A DNA stretch of 64,000 nucleotides from Candidatus Altimarinota bacterium (GTDB lineage: Bacteria; Patescibacteriota; Gracilibacteria; CAIRYL01). Made by a program: the position numbers and the translations under genes. The notes beneath the pieces were generated by a model. The model had not been told where the DNA came from and searched no databases. It worked only from the letters and a program-made list of their open reading frames with translations. Every line of letters starts with the position of its first letter. The first letter of the stretch is position 1. Where the stretch lies: contig OZ252287.1 of assembly GCA_965250085.1 (NCBI GenBank), forward strand, positions 1,088,001-1,152,000. The letters are read 5' to 3'. This document shows positions 14,244 to 24,038 of this stretch, piece after piece.

Positions 14244-14270
14244 TTAGCACTCTTTTATTTCGAGTGCCAG
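14244..14270. promoter_or_regulatory. CIRCE element (HrcA operator) upstream of groES
   Basis: TTAGCACTC-N9-GAGTGCCAG versus consensus TTAGCACTC-N9-GAGTGCTAA; minus-strand TTGACG-16-TAAAAT promoter at 14301-14274. Confidence 0.92.
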
Positions 14271-14432
14271 AACATTTTATAGAAAACCAAACAAGCGTCA
14301 AGAGTTTTTTATCTTTTATGCAGTGAGAATTTATACAAAGGCACCCCACCAATTTTTGACTTTATATGCAAAACATATGTACAATCATACTCAAGTAATC
14401 TTCTCTTTTTTTCTCCTTTTTTCTTTTTTCTT

Positions 14433-15917
14433 ATGGCAACTCGTCAAAAATGGCCAAGTCGTTATATCTATATTCTAGCGGCTATTGGTTGTGCTGCTGG
14501 TCTTGGGAATTTTTGGCGATTCCCTATGTTAGCGTATGAATACGGTGGCAGCGCCTTTATTATAGCCCTTCTTATTTCTAATATTTTAATCGTGTATCCA
14601 CTGGTCATGTTTGAAACCATTATTGGTCAGCGCTTTCAAGCAGGTGCTCCCAAGTCTATGGAAAAACTCAAAAAAGGTACTGCTTGGATCCAATGGATTC
14701 CCTTGTTCGCACTCATATTTATCCTTATGTACTACGCGCCAATCATGGCGTGGGGAGTTAAGTATCTTTTTCAGGCATTTTCTGGAGAGTTTTTAGCGGA
14801 TCCATCGACCTATTTTGCGACCGATATTTTGCACCTGACGGATTCTGTAGGAGAGAGAGGAATGTTTAATTCAGGCTTATTTCAAGCACTCCTGGCTTCA
14901 TATGCAGTAGTAGCCGTCTGTATGTGGAAGGGCATTGGTTCTGTCTCACATGTGGTCAAATTTACGGCAACAGCTCCTTTTATTCTCTTGTTTATTTTGC
15001 TGCTGAGAGGGGTTACATTGCCAGGGGCAGAAGAAGGACTCAGGGCATTTTTTGTGCCGGATTGGAGTGCTCTCAAAGATATCAAGCTTTGGCAAGCAGC
15101 TATAGGGCAGAGTTTTTTTAGTGCTTCTTTAGCTTTTGGATACTTTACTATGGCGGGAAGTCATCGAAGCCAAAGAGCAGAAGTTCCCAAATCAAGTATC
15201 TGGATCATTGCTGGAAATTTTGGAGTTTCGCTCTTGGCAGGAATTGCGGTCTTTTCTACACTTGGCTTTATGGCCTTGCAACAGGGTGTACCGGTGTCCG
15301 AAGCGGCACAAGGTGGGCCGATGCTTGCCTTTTCTGTCATGCCTACAGCAATTTCTATGATGCCGGCGTTTAAGATCTTACTGGCAGTACTTCTCTTCTT
15401 AGTCATCATCACTCTCGCCATAGATTCTATCTTTGGAATTGTGGAATCTATTTCTGCAGGATTTTTGGATCTCAAAAAGAAATATTCTCATGAGCTTCAT
15501 ACTACTCTCTCTATTTTACTTGTTTGTTTTCTCGGAGGAATTCCTTTTATGTTTGGAGCAGGTCTCTATTACTTGGACATCTTGGATCATTTTGTAGGAG
15601 GGTATCTCCTGGTGTTTATTGGATTTTTGGAATGTTTTGTTGCAGCGTATTTAGTGGGTCCAGAAAAAATACGTGGGTGGATCAATGAGACAAACACGAC
15701 ACTTAAAATTGGGAAAACATTCAACTATCTCCTGTATATTATTCCCATTGTACTCGGGTACATTTTGTTTGCAGTATTGGGACAGGAGTTCAAAACTCCT
15801 TATGAAGGATATCCAGCATGGGCACTTACGTGGATAGGAGGAGTGCCGCTTGCGATGGTGATTATCCTCTCTCTCATTTTTGGATATCTCACTTCTCGGA
15901 AAGAGAGTGGCAAGTAG
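14433..15917 (+). CDS. Sodium-dependent transporter, NSS/SNF (neurotransmitter:sodium symporter) family
   Basis: AAIGCAAGLGNFWRFP...YGGSAF, LLRGVTLPGA, AAIGQSFFS. Confidence 0.93.
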   Translation: MATRQKWPSRYIYILAAIGCAAGLGNFWRFPMLAYEYGGSAFIIALLISNILIVYPLVMFETIIGQRFQAGAPKSMEKLKKGTAWIQWIPLFALIFILMYYAPIMAWGVKYLFQAFSGEFLADPSTYFATDILHLTDSVGERGMFNSGLFQALLASYAVVAVCMWKGIGSVSHVVKFTATAPFILLFILLLRGVTLPGAEEGLRAFFVPDWSALKDIKLWQAAIGQSFFSASLAFGYFTMAGSHRSQRAEVPKSSIWIIAGNFGVSLLAGIAVFSTLGFMALQQGVPVSEAAQGGPMLAFSVMPTAISMMPAFKILLAVLLFLVIITLAIDSIFGIVESISAGFLDLKKKYSHELHTTLSILLVCFLGGIPFMFGAGLYYLDILDHFVGGYLLVFIGFLECFVAAYLVGPEKIRGWINETNTTLKIGKTFNYLLYIIPIVLGYILFAVLGQEFKTPYEGYPAWALTWIGGVPLAMVIILSLIFGYLTSRKESGK

Positions 15918-16009
15918 GGTAATTACATTCAAAGGAGAGGTAGGATATATTACAGATTTTGTGAGAAACAAATTTCTTTTTTTTTGAAAAACCTCCACAA
16001 TGCAGATAC

Positions 16010-16100
16010 AATTTTGAATTATAAATTTTGAATGTTGAATTCAAAATCTCGTTTCTTGCTTCAATCTAACGTTCAAAATTCATCATTTAACATTTTGAAA
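16010..16100. repeat. AT-rich, roughly 7-mer-periodic imperfect inverted repeat (family H)
   Basis: AATTTTGAATTATAAATTTTGAATGTTGAATT ... AACGTTCAAAATTCATCATTTAACATT. Confidence 0.5.
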
Positions 16101-16102
16101 GT

Positions 16103-17107
16103 ATGCTCAAAGTTGCTCTGAACGGATATGGTCGTATCGGTCGTAATTTGCACCGAATTCTCATTGAAAATGATAATATAGAGGTCGTAGCCATTAATAA
16201 CCGGAGCAAAAATGCAAAAATGCGGGCGCATTTACTCAAGTATGATTCGCTTCACGGTAAATTGGATGCAGAAGTATCTCATACGGATGACGCACTCATT
16301 GTGAATGGGAAAAAAATAACTCTCCTTGCGCATTCAGATCCTGAAGAAGCACCATGGGGGGATTTTGATGTTGATGTTGTGGTTGCTGCGACTGGGCATG
16401 TTCGCACAAAAGAGAAAGCACAATCATTCTTGAGAGCTGGGGCCAAGAAGGTGCTCATCTCTGCTCCTATGAAGGATGACACTCCGACCTTTGTCTTTGG
16501 TGTCAATGACCATGAAATCACTGATGATATCAAGATCTTGAGTAATGCCTCATGTACCACCAATTCTATTGCTCCGCCCATGAAGGTGTTGGAGGAGCAC
16601 TTGGGAATAGAAAATGCATTTGTGACGTCTATTCATTCATTTACCAGTTCACAAAATCTTTTGGACAACGCCGCATCAGATTTTCGTCGAGCACGAAGTG
16701 CAGTCCAAAGCGTAATCCCAACTACTTCTGGAGCAATGAAAGCGATTTCACTAGTGATCCCTTCACTGGAAGGCAAGGTGGATGGACTCGCTTTTCGCGT
16801 TCCTATCGCGACCTCCTCTGTCAGTGATGTGCGATTTGTATTCAAAAAGGAAACGACAGAAAAAGAACTCAATGCTCTCATGAGAGAAGCCGCAGCAGGA
16901 TACATGAAAAACGTTCTTGCCGTTTCAGATGAGCCCCTCGTGTCTATAGACTTTAAGACCGACCCTCATTCATCGATTGTGGATGCCATGTCAACTAAAG
17001 TCATTGACGGGAAGTATGCCCAGATGCTGTATTGGTACGATAATGAATGGGGATATGCCAATCGATTAAAGGACTTTTTGGAAAAACTGGCGAGTTTCAA
17101 GAAATAA
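16103..17107 (+). CDS. gap: Type I glyceraldehyde-3-phosphate dehydrogenase
   Basis: NGYGRIGR, SNASCTTN, WYDNEWGY. Confidence 0.97.
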   Translation: MLKVALNGYGRIGRNLHRILIENDNIEVVAINNRSKNAKMRAHLLKYDSLHGKLDAEVSHTDDALIVNGKKITLLAHSDPEEAPWGDFDVDVVVAATGHVRTKEKAQSFLRAGAKKVLISAPMKDDTPTFVFGVNDHEITDDIKILSNASCTTNSIAPPMKVLEEHLGIENAFVTSIHSFTSSQNLLDNAASDFRRARSAVQSVIPTTSGAMKAISLVIPSLEGKVDGLAFRVPIATSSVSDVRFVFKKETTEKELNALMREAAAGYMKNVLAVSDEPLVSIDFKTDPHSSIVDAMSTKVIDGKYAQMLYWYDNEWGYANRLKDFLEKLASFKK

Positions 17108-17119
17108 AATATCTAAAGA

Positions 17120-17252
17120 AATTTCTAATGACTAATTGCTCTAATAACTAATGAATATCCAATGTCAAAATGCCTAAAAATAAAAAACAGAGTATTGTTT
17201 ATTTGTGCATTCGTCATTAGGATTTGATTAGACATTAGGTCAATTAGGAATT
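17120..17252. repeat. AT-rich, roughly 7-mer-periodic imperfect inverted repeat (family H)
   Basis: TTTCTAATGACTAAT...CCAATGTCAAAATGCC / GCATTCGTCATTAGGATTTGATTAGACATTAGGTCAATTAGGAA. Confidence 0.6.
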
Positions 17253-17266
17253 TTTATTTCATTTTT

Positions 17267-18190
17267 ATGTCTCAGCCATTTTTTCTTCATAATTTTCTTC
17301 AGGAGCATTCTGATGATGCAGATCTCAGATCGCTCATATCTCATATTGCACGTGCGGGAAAATATGTAGTCCATGCGCTGCAGCATGAGCATCTCGGACT
17401 TGCTGGAAGCACCAATGTGCAAGGGGAAGAGCAGCTCAAACTCGATGTTTTGGCGGATCAAATCTTCTGCCGTCATATCAGCGAAAGCAATGTGGCATGT
17501 GTTTTGGCGTCTGAAGAGCAGGAGGGAGAAATGGAGCTGATGGGAGAAATCGGAAAATATTCAGTTGCCTTTGACCCTCTTGATGGATCTTCATTGGTGG
17601 ACTGCAATTTGGCGATTGGAAGTGTGTTTGGTATCTATCAGGGAAGAGGATTTGTAGGAAAGACGCCTCGTACTATGGCGGCGGCTGGGTTTATCATTTA
17701 CGGTCCGCGTACCACGATGATGCTTTCTGTGGGAGACGGAGTACATGAGTTTCTCCTGAATGACTTTGGAGAATTTGAACTCATCAAAGAAAACATTACA
17801 GTAGGAGCTGATGCCGGTATTTTTGCCCCAGGAAATCTCCGTGCAGCAGCAGAAAGAAAGGACTATAAAGATCTGGTAAATTCCTGGATGAGTGACACCC
17901 TTACCCTCCGATACTCTGGAGGAATGGTTCCGGACATTAATGCTATTTTTTCCAAATCACATGGCATTTTTTGCTATCCATCCCATAGTAAGTATCCAAA
18001 AGGAAAGCTTCGTTTACTCTACGAATGTGGTCCCATGGCATATCTCATGGAACAATCTGGAGGCAGTGCCAAAGATGAAAAGGGGACAAAAATTCTCGAT
18101 CTTCCCATAGAAGATATTCACCAAAGAACCACTATTTTTATCGGTTCTTCGCATGCGGTAGATCAGGCCTTGAAGAAATTAAAAAAATAA
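17267..18190 (+). CDS. fbp: Class 1 fructose-1,6-bisphosphatase
   Basis: NVQGEEQLKLD, SEE, FDPLDGSS, RYSGGMVPD, GKLRLLYEC. Confidence 0.96.
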   Translation: MSQPFFLHNFLQEHSDDADLRSLISHIARAGKYVVHALQHEHLGLAGSTNVQGEEQLKLDVLADQIFCRHISESNVACVLASEEQEGEMELMGEIGKYSVAFDPLDGSSLVDCNLAIGSVFGIYQGRGFVGKTPRTMAAAGFIIYGPRTTMMLSVGDGVHEFLLNDFGEFELIKENITVGADAGIFAPGNLRAAAERKDYKDLVNSWMSDTLTLRYSGGMVPDINAIFSKSHGIFCYPSHSKYPKGKLRLLYECGPMAYLMEQSGGSAKDEKGTKILDLPIEDIHQRTTIFIGSSHAVDQALKKLKK

Positions 18191-18271
18191 CATTTCTTTT
18201 CGTAGAGGATGGTTTATAATCATCTTGGACAAGTTTCAAACCTGTCCCTACAATTTCAACACAATGCACCC

Positions 18272-18823
18272 ATGAAAAAAAATTACCTTCTTGCAATTAT
18301 CCTTGGAACAACCTCAGGATTTTTGTCTGCCTGGCTTTCAATTATTGAACAAGAGGGTCGTAGAGAAGATATACTAGCGTTTTCACCAGGCTTTATGTTC
18401 GCTTTTGCAGTACTTGCTCTTTCAATTTTTTGCAGACATCAATGGCCTAAATGGTGGAGGATTATTTTGGTTTTAGCTATTGTTAGTCCTGCTTTTTGGG
18501 TATCTGTTTGGGCCTCTTTAGGTTCTACAGATTGGTTTATAACACAAATGGGAGCACAAGGAGTTGTCATTCTTGCAGGTGCTATTGGTGCAGCAATTGT
18601 AAGTATCAGCTTTTTACTGTTGAACGCACACATAACAGCAATAAGTTGGATAAAACTTGTATGCTGGGGAGCTTTATTGGGAAATTTTGCTATGCCTTTT
18701 GCAAAAAGTATTGGATACCAGGAAAGTCCAAGTTTTGTCGAGACTTTTATTATGCATGGAGTATGGCAAGCTGGTATGGCATTTGCTTTTGTGTATCTTT
18801 TGGAGAAAACAAATTCCAATTAA
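18272..18823 (+). CDS. Hypothetical multi-pass membrane protein
   Basis: About six hydrophobic segments; no known motif. Confidence 0.7.
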   Translation: MKKNYLLAIILGTTSGFLSAWLSIIEQEGRREDILAFSPGFMFAFAVLALSIFCRHQWPKWWRIILVLAIVSPAFWVSVWASLGSTDWFITQMGAQGVVILAGAIGAAIVSISFLLLNAHITAISWIKLVCWGALLGNFAMPFAKSIGYQESPSFVETFIMHGVWQAGMAFAFVYLLEKTNSN

Positions 18824-18838
18824 ATAATTAAAAAGTTT

Positions 18839-18880
18839 TTATTTTTCGTCTCCCAAGTTCCCAAGTAGTTCAGAAATTTG
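18839..18880 (-). pseudogene. Remnant duplicate of the 3' end of the 19931-20401 gene
   Basis: 37/42 nt identical to 19931-19972; encodes QISELLGNLGDEK* versus QISELLENLGDEK*. Confidence 0.75.
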
Positions 18881-18952
18881 GAATCAATTTCCCCATCGGA
18901 CTTGGTTTTTTAAACTAAACCCATAAAGAAACACACGCGTTCTAAACGCGCG

Positions 18953-19771
18953 CTAGCGAGAGGAAAACCATTTTTTAAAAGTTTTTAATTTTGGTGATGG
19001 AAATAGCTCATGAAAATAATACAGAAGAGGAATTCCTATCAAAAGCTTAAAAAAAATAGAATTTGATATACTCAAAAGAACCATTATGATCATTTCAAAA
19101 AATATGTCTAATTTCTCATTGAGACCATAGTTTATATTCAGCCATTCTGTGTATATGACGAAAAGACTCATTATAAAGAGAAATAGCAATTTCATAACAC
19201 TTTCTCTTGTGTTCTTTTTTGGGATAAGTTTTTTTATTAATTTTACTTGAGGTGCAAAATAAAGAAATATATAGAGAAAAGCAATAAGGAAACAGAGAAG
19301 AGGAAATATGAACAAAAAATAACTTACAAAAACTAAAAATATATATGTAAAGAAGTTGATATGTGTAGGCATTGAAAACAAGGTTTCAGGAAATTCAGAG
19401 CCAAATATACTCAAATTACTTACTAACAAATCGATGATTGGAAGACTCTGATCATGGCCACCGCTACTGAGTATTACGACAATGGTATATAAAAATCCTT
19501 GAGCATAAAAAAAGAACAAAAGCTCTATTACACGAATTTTTTTGATTCTCCTCCCTTGTATTTTTCGAAAAGAATACGAGATGCCCCATATTACAAAAGA
19601 TATTATCCAAAATGTGGAAAGCGCTTTAAAATGGGATGCATGGACTGTCCCCATTGAGATCGCAACAGCAAAGAATGCTAATATTATTTTTGGAAAATAC
19701 GTCCAGAAAAGTTTCAAAAGAAGGGTAGGTCTATACGTTTCAAAAAATGTAGCTCTTTCTACTTTGCTCAT
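18953..19771 (-). CDS. Hypothetical very AT-rich membrane protein
   Basis: 272-aa ORF rich in F/I/L with several TM segments. Confidence 0.65.
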   Translation of the reverse strand: MSKVERATFFETYRPTLLLKLFWTYFPKIILAFFAVAISMGTVHASHFKALSTFWIISFVIWGISYSFRKIQGRRIKKIRVIELLFFFYAQGFLYTIVVILSSGGHDQSLPIIDLLVSNLSIFGSEFPETLFSMPTHINFFTYIFLVFVSYFLFIFPLLCFLIAFLYIFLYFAPQVKLIKKLIPKKNTRESVMKLLFLFIMSLFVIYTEWLNINYGLNEKLDIFFEMIIMVLLSISNSIFFKLLIGIPLLYYFHELFPSPKLKTFKKWFSSR

Positions 19772-19930
19772 GAAGAAAAAATAATTCTTTTTACAATTTA
19801 TTAAAGTCTACTGCACCAATTATGAAGGTCAAACTCAATCTTTACAGTTCCCCTGTTCGCCAGTGCTTATTTTTAATAAAGACTTCGAGAAATTCATCTC
19901 AAACTCAATTATACTTCTATCATAAAATTT

Positions 19931-20401
19931 TTATTTCTCGTCTCCCAAGTTCTCCAATAATTCAGAAATTTGTGATTGTATTTCAGATATTGGAGACACT
20001 TCCTTCTTATTTCTTAAGCCGGAAACCATAGTGTCTTTCCATGATTGTACGATGGAATAATTTTTTTGCATCCATCGGCTTATGAGTTCAATACTTTTCT
20101 CATCTTTCTTTATATCGTCTATTGCTTCTTGAGCCCATGGTTCATAGTTCGCTGGTATGGAACTTCCAAAGACTTCTATCAGCAGCAAACAGATAACAAT
20201 CTTTTCAATACTATTTTTTTGAGCAAACATTTCGAAAAATTCATTCCGAATCTGGTCAACTTTTCTATCTGTCATTGGCAACCTGCGATCACTCTGAATA
20301 AATCCAGAAAGGCTTATGACATGAGGAGCAAGATGTGACTCCATTTCTTCAAAAAGGTGTAGATATTCTGACTCTGGAGAAGTTTCTAGAGAATCCATCA
20401 T
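19931..20401 (-). CDS. Hypothetical protein
   Basis: 156-aa ORF directly downstream of the M23-SLH gene. Confidence 0.6.
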   Translation of the reverse strand: MMDSLETSPESEYLHLFEEMESHLAPHVISLSGFIQSDRRLPMTDRKVDQIRNEFFEMFAQKNSIEKIVICLLLIEVFGSSIPANYEPWAQEAIDDIKKDEKSIELISRWMQKNYSIVQSWKDTMVSGLRNKKEVSPISEIQSQISELLENLGDEK

Positions 20402-20418
20402 CTATATACTAAAGATTT

Positions 20419-22821
20419 TTATTTTAACAATCGATACATTGCCTCAGCCACTTCTCCTCGGGTGATTTCTCGATTTCCCAAGAATGATCTGTTGAAATCC
20501 AAAAGTCTGTTGTCTTTGGCAAAAAGGGCATAGGATGCAAACCAATCGTCTGCAGAAACATCTTCAAAGGGATCAAAATCAAGATTTCTTCTCAGAGCAG
20601 TAGCATCTGTTTCGAGAAGAATTTTGAAGAATTCAGCGCGATTGATAGTATTTGCCGGGCGGAAGGTTCCATCAGGATACCCACCCACAATTCCATTTTT
20701 TTCAGCTGTAGCAACATAATCAGCGAACCATTGTCCGGGGGCAATGTCCTTTAGTGAGCTCTGTCCTGCTTCAACGGGAATATTAAATCCTTCTAGTAGC
20801 ATCTTGGTCGCTTCAGCTCTATTTACAATTCGGTCGGGCTGAAAGCTGCCGTCAGGATACCCACCTACAATTCCATTTTTTTTGAGATATTCTATGGCTT
20901 TGGCATTTTCGTGACGATCACTAACATCGGTAAAAATATTGTTTGTGTCTTCGTACAATTTGCCACTTTCGCCCACCAGGACCCCAGCTTGTGCTTTGAG
21001 AACAAGTGGCTCCGATTCCAAAGCAATAAGTTCTACCTCTACTTTTCCATCCACAAAATCTTGTGAAGTGAGCTCGTTGGGTTTCACAATTCCTTCTCCT
21101 TCAGTCACAGAGACGCGCACTGTACCGCGAAAAGAGAGGGGAGTTAGATTGCCGACTTCATCGATACTTCTAATCACCACTTTTTCGGGAACACCTCTAA
21201 TAAATTGTTTTTCTGCTTCGATTTCAAAAGCATTGACGGGCTTGAGCTCTCCCAAAACTTCCACCTCTGCACTCCCCAGGCTGCCAGCAGATATGGTAGC
21301 AGTTCCTAATTTTTCTGCAGTAAACCTGACTTGAGCAATGCCGCCTTCAAATTTATCAGCTCTGAGTGAACCAGGACTTACTTGTCCATGACCACTATTG
21401 AGAGCAAATCCTCCCTGTGGAATAAAATCAGTAAGCAAGGTGCCATCGGATGAGACTGCTCTGACTTCAATGTCTATGGATTGTCCCTCCAGAGCGAATG
21501 AAGCTTCGGGGATTATTTCCAAGTGATCAAATTTTCCGTCACCAGAAGTTTCTTCTGGAGCAGAATGGAGCACCTCTTCCTCTACAGTGACCCTCAAACT
21601 ATCATCTATATCGCCATATTCTGCAGCGATCTTCACTCTTCCAGAATTCTGAGTAACAAGATCAAAATCTGCCCTTCCATCATGGAACCTGATGGCGGGA
21701 ATAGAAATATCGGCATCACTTACGGTGACTTGTACATCTGATTCTTCAAAAGAAGTCAGTATATGTCCGTCATCATCAAGAGCCATGATAGAGACTCTCA
21801 TTGTATCGCCTGGAAAAATTCTAGTGGGGCTCGCCTCAATTTCAAATTCCTCCAGGGTTCCAACTGTTGCCGGAGCAGTATTATTTTCTGAAGAGTCTGG
21901 AGTGTCAGAAGAAGAGTTCTCTACCACAAACGATCCGGATCCATCAAAGTATTCCTGCACAAACATCAGAGGGTGAATAGTGTGTTCTTTCGCATTTTCC
22001 AGTCCTAAACCAGCATTAATGGCTTGCCAAAAACTAAGTCCTGCAGCGGAGGCTTCGGTGGAACTAAAAGGCCAGTACGGATGCCATGGAGCAGAGTCAC
22101 GATCAATTTGAAAATGTACATGTGCGGTGGTCGCTGTTCCAGTATCACCCACTTCTCCGATCTTTTGTCCTTTTTCCACCACTTCACCATTACTGACTTC
22201 CACTTTGGACAAATGCGAATAGGTCACATACAGATCTTCTGTGTCGCCATTGACAGGAGCATTGGGGATCTTGTGGACAATGTGATATCCAAATCCATAA
22301 TTCTGCTCTACTGCTTTGGTTACCACTCCATTGGCAACGGCAAATACAGGAGTTCCGATAGGAGCCCTGATATCTACCGCAAGATGTGATCCGACCTCTT
22401 CTACATGGTCAAATTGATAATTTCCTAAGTACGCAACAGTATACGTGATTTGCGCATTGATGGTGTCATCATCATCCCTGCTACTCTGAAGCTCATTACT
22501 ATTATACGGCATAAGAGGTATCAGTTCATTTGCTTGATATGAGCGATAACTTCGATCGTTGTATCCACCTGTTTGAACCCAATTGGGAACTTTTTGGAGT
22601 GGCATGACAGTTCCATCGAATGTGATTTGAGATTCGAGTATGCTTGCTTTAAAAAACTGAGCAGTGTCATCCAGAGTAGAGATGATCCCCATGAGAATGA
22701 AAGTGAGAATCGTATATGAAATAAATGGATGAACCGGAAAGAAGTGAAAAATACGAGAAAAGAAGTCTTCCTTTTCTTCGATACGATTTTTTCTCCTGTG
22801 AGAGGATGTTTTTTTTGGCAT
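20419..22821 (-). CDS. M23 peptidase with Ig-like repeats and C-terminal S-layer homology (SLH) domains
   Basis: HLAVDIRAPIGTPVFA, YSHL, HVHF (M23); FTDV...GIVGGYPDGSFQPDRIVNRAE repeats (SLH); N-terminal TM segment. Confidence 0.9.
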   Translation of the reverse strand: MPKKTSSHRRKNRIEEKEDFFSRIFHFFPVHPFISYTILTFILMGIISTLDDTAQFFKASILESQITFDGTVMPLQKVPNWVQTGGYNDRSYRSYQANELIPLMPYNSNELQSSRDDDDTINAQITYTVAYLGNYQFDHVEEVGSHLAVDIRAPIGTPVFAVANGVVTKAVEQNYGFGYHIVHKIPNAPVNGDTEDLYVTYSHLSKVEVSNGEVVEKGQKIGEVGDTGTATTAHVHFQIDRDSAPWHPYWPFSSTEASAAGLSFWQAINAGLGLENAKEHTIHPLMFVQEYFDGSGSFVVENSSSDTPDSSENNTAPATVGTLEEFEIEASPTRIFPGDTMRVSIMALDDDGHILTSFEESDVQVTVSDADISIPAIRFHDGRADFDLVTQNSGRVKIAAEYGDIDDSLRVTVEEEVLHSAPEETSGDGKFDHLEIIPEASFALEGQSIDIEVRAVSSDGTLLTDFIPQGGFALNSGHGQVSPGSLRADKFEGGIAQVRFTAEKLGTATISAGSLGSAEVEVLGELKPVNAFEIEAEKQFIRGVPEKVVIRSIDEVGNLTPLSFRGTVRVSVTEGEGIVKPNELTSQDFVDGKVEVELIALESEPLVLKAQAGVLVGESGKLYEDTNNIFTDVSDRHENAKAIEYLKKNGIVGGYPDGSFQPDRIVNRAEATKMLLEGFNIPVEAGQSSLKDIAPGQWFADYVATAEKNGIVGGYPDGTFRPANTINRAEFFKILLETDATALRRNLDFDPFEDVSADDWFASYALFAKDNRLLDFNRSFLGNREITRGEVAEAMYRLLK

Positions 22822-22902
22822 AGTATGTATATATGTATTTTTTTGATTCTCAGAAATGAGAATTTTTCATATCATTATAGCAAAAACTCTTCCTTTTTTC
22901 AA

Positions 22903-23961
22903 ATGAATCTCTCCTATATATCAGTTTCTGAAGCCAATACTCTGGGTGCTGGCGCATATCTTTCCCACACGTTGGGTCTGAGACCTGAATGGGGAAGGAT
23001 CGTACTTCTTTCTGGAGAACTGGGAAGTGGCAAAACGCGCTTTGTACAGGGGATTTTAAAAGAATTTGGAATTCAAACAGCCGGAAAAAGTCCGACATTT
23101 ACGTTCTTTCGCGAACATACTTCTCAAGATCACAAAGTACTGCATGCAGACCTCTATCGTCTGGGTGAAGCGGGTGCTGAGCAGCAAAGAGAGTCTCTGC
23201 GAGAAATGCTAGAACATTATTTTTCAGAAGGATATATCCTTCTCATCGAATGGCCGGAACTTCTCGGAAAAGAAAACTTTTGGGACTCGGAAAACAGAGT
23301 GGAAGTATCTTTGGCTCATGGAAAACATGAGGAAGAAAGAGTTTTGAAGACTGTATTTCATAACTCTGGAAGCATCTCGGAAGGCAGCGTTCATGCTCTC
23401 ATGGAGGAGTATTGCACTCCAGTCCATGTGCGAAAACATATTGAAGCGGTCACAAAAGTAGCAGTACAAATCAGTGAAGCGCTCTTTCAAAAAGGTGTTT
23501 TGATGGATCTCAATCTCGTAAAGTGTTCTGCACTCTGTCATGACCTCGTGCGGTATGTAGATTTTCCCAATTTTGAGAACCTCTCGCATTATCAGGAAGA
23601 GATTACAGAAGAAAAATTACGAACTTGGAAAGATCTTCACCAAAAATACAAAAAAATTCACCACGCTGATGCGATAGCAGATATTTTACGAGAAAGGGGA
23701 TTTGATGCCACGGCCAAAGTAGTAGAAGCGCATAATACTTCGCAAATCTTTCGTAAAGAGCCATTTTCTTGGCCTGAGAAAGTGGTCTATTATGCGGACA
23801 AAAGGGCTCTTCATGATACTATTGTAAGCCTCAAAGAACGCTTTGCCGATGGGAGAAAAAGGTATAGCTATGAAGCAAGCCCAGAGCTGGAAAATAAAGT
23901 CTTTGTGCTGGAAAAAGAGATTTTTGAGTACTTGGATATAGAGCCGGAAGATATTTCCTAG
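22903..23961 (+). CDS. tsaE: t6A biosynthesis ATPase TsaE fused to an HD-domain protein
   Basis: GELGSGKTRF, SPTF, HADLYRL, LIEWPE; followed by H...V..VA, LCHDL, HH, EAH, YYADKR. Confidence 0.88.
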   Translation: MNLSYISVSEANTLGAGAYLSHTLGLRPEWGRIVLLSGELGSGKTRFVQGILKEFGIQTAGKSPTFTFFREHTSQDHKVLHADLYRLGEAGAEQQRESLREMLEHYFSEGYILLIEWPELLGKENFWDSENRVEVSLAHGKHEEERVLKTVFHNSGSISEGSVHALMEEYCTPVHVRKHIEAVTKVAVQISEALFQKGVLMDLNLVKCSALCHDLVRYVDFPNFENLSHYQEEITEEKLRTWKDLHQKYKKIHHADAIADILRERGFDATAKVVEAHNTSQIFRKEPFSWPEKVVYYADKRALHDTIVSLKERFADGRKRYSYEASPELENKVFVLEKEIFEYLDIEPEDIS

Positions 23962-24038
23962 ACGCTATCCTGAATCTGGTTCAAGATCGCTGGCTCGTCT
24001 ATGAATGTTACATAGGATAGCTTTTTTAGATCACAAAA

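Noticed and set aside
14356-14400. TrpR control of the NSS transporter (shares TTGACTTTATAT with the trp promoter)
   Set aside because: No ACTAG-type operator with the right spacing; the shared 12-mer is mostly the -35 box in AT-rich DNA
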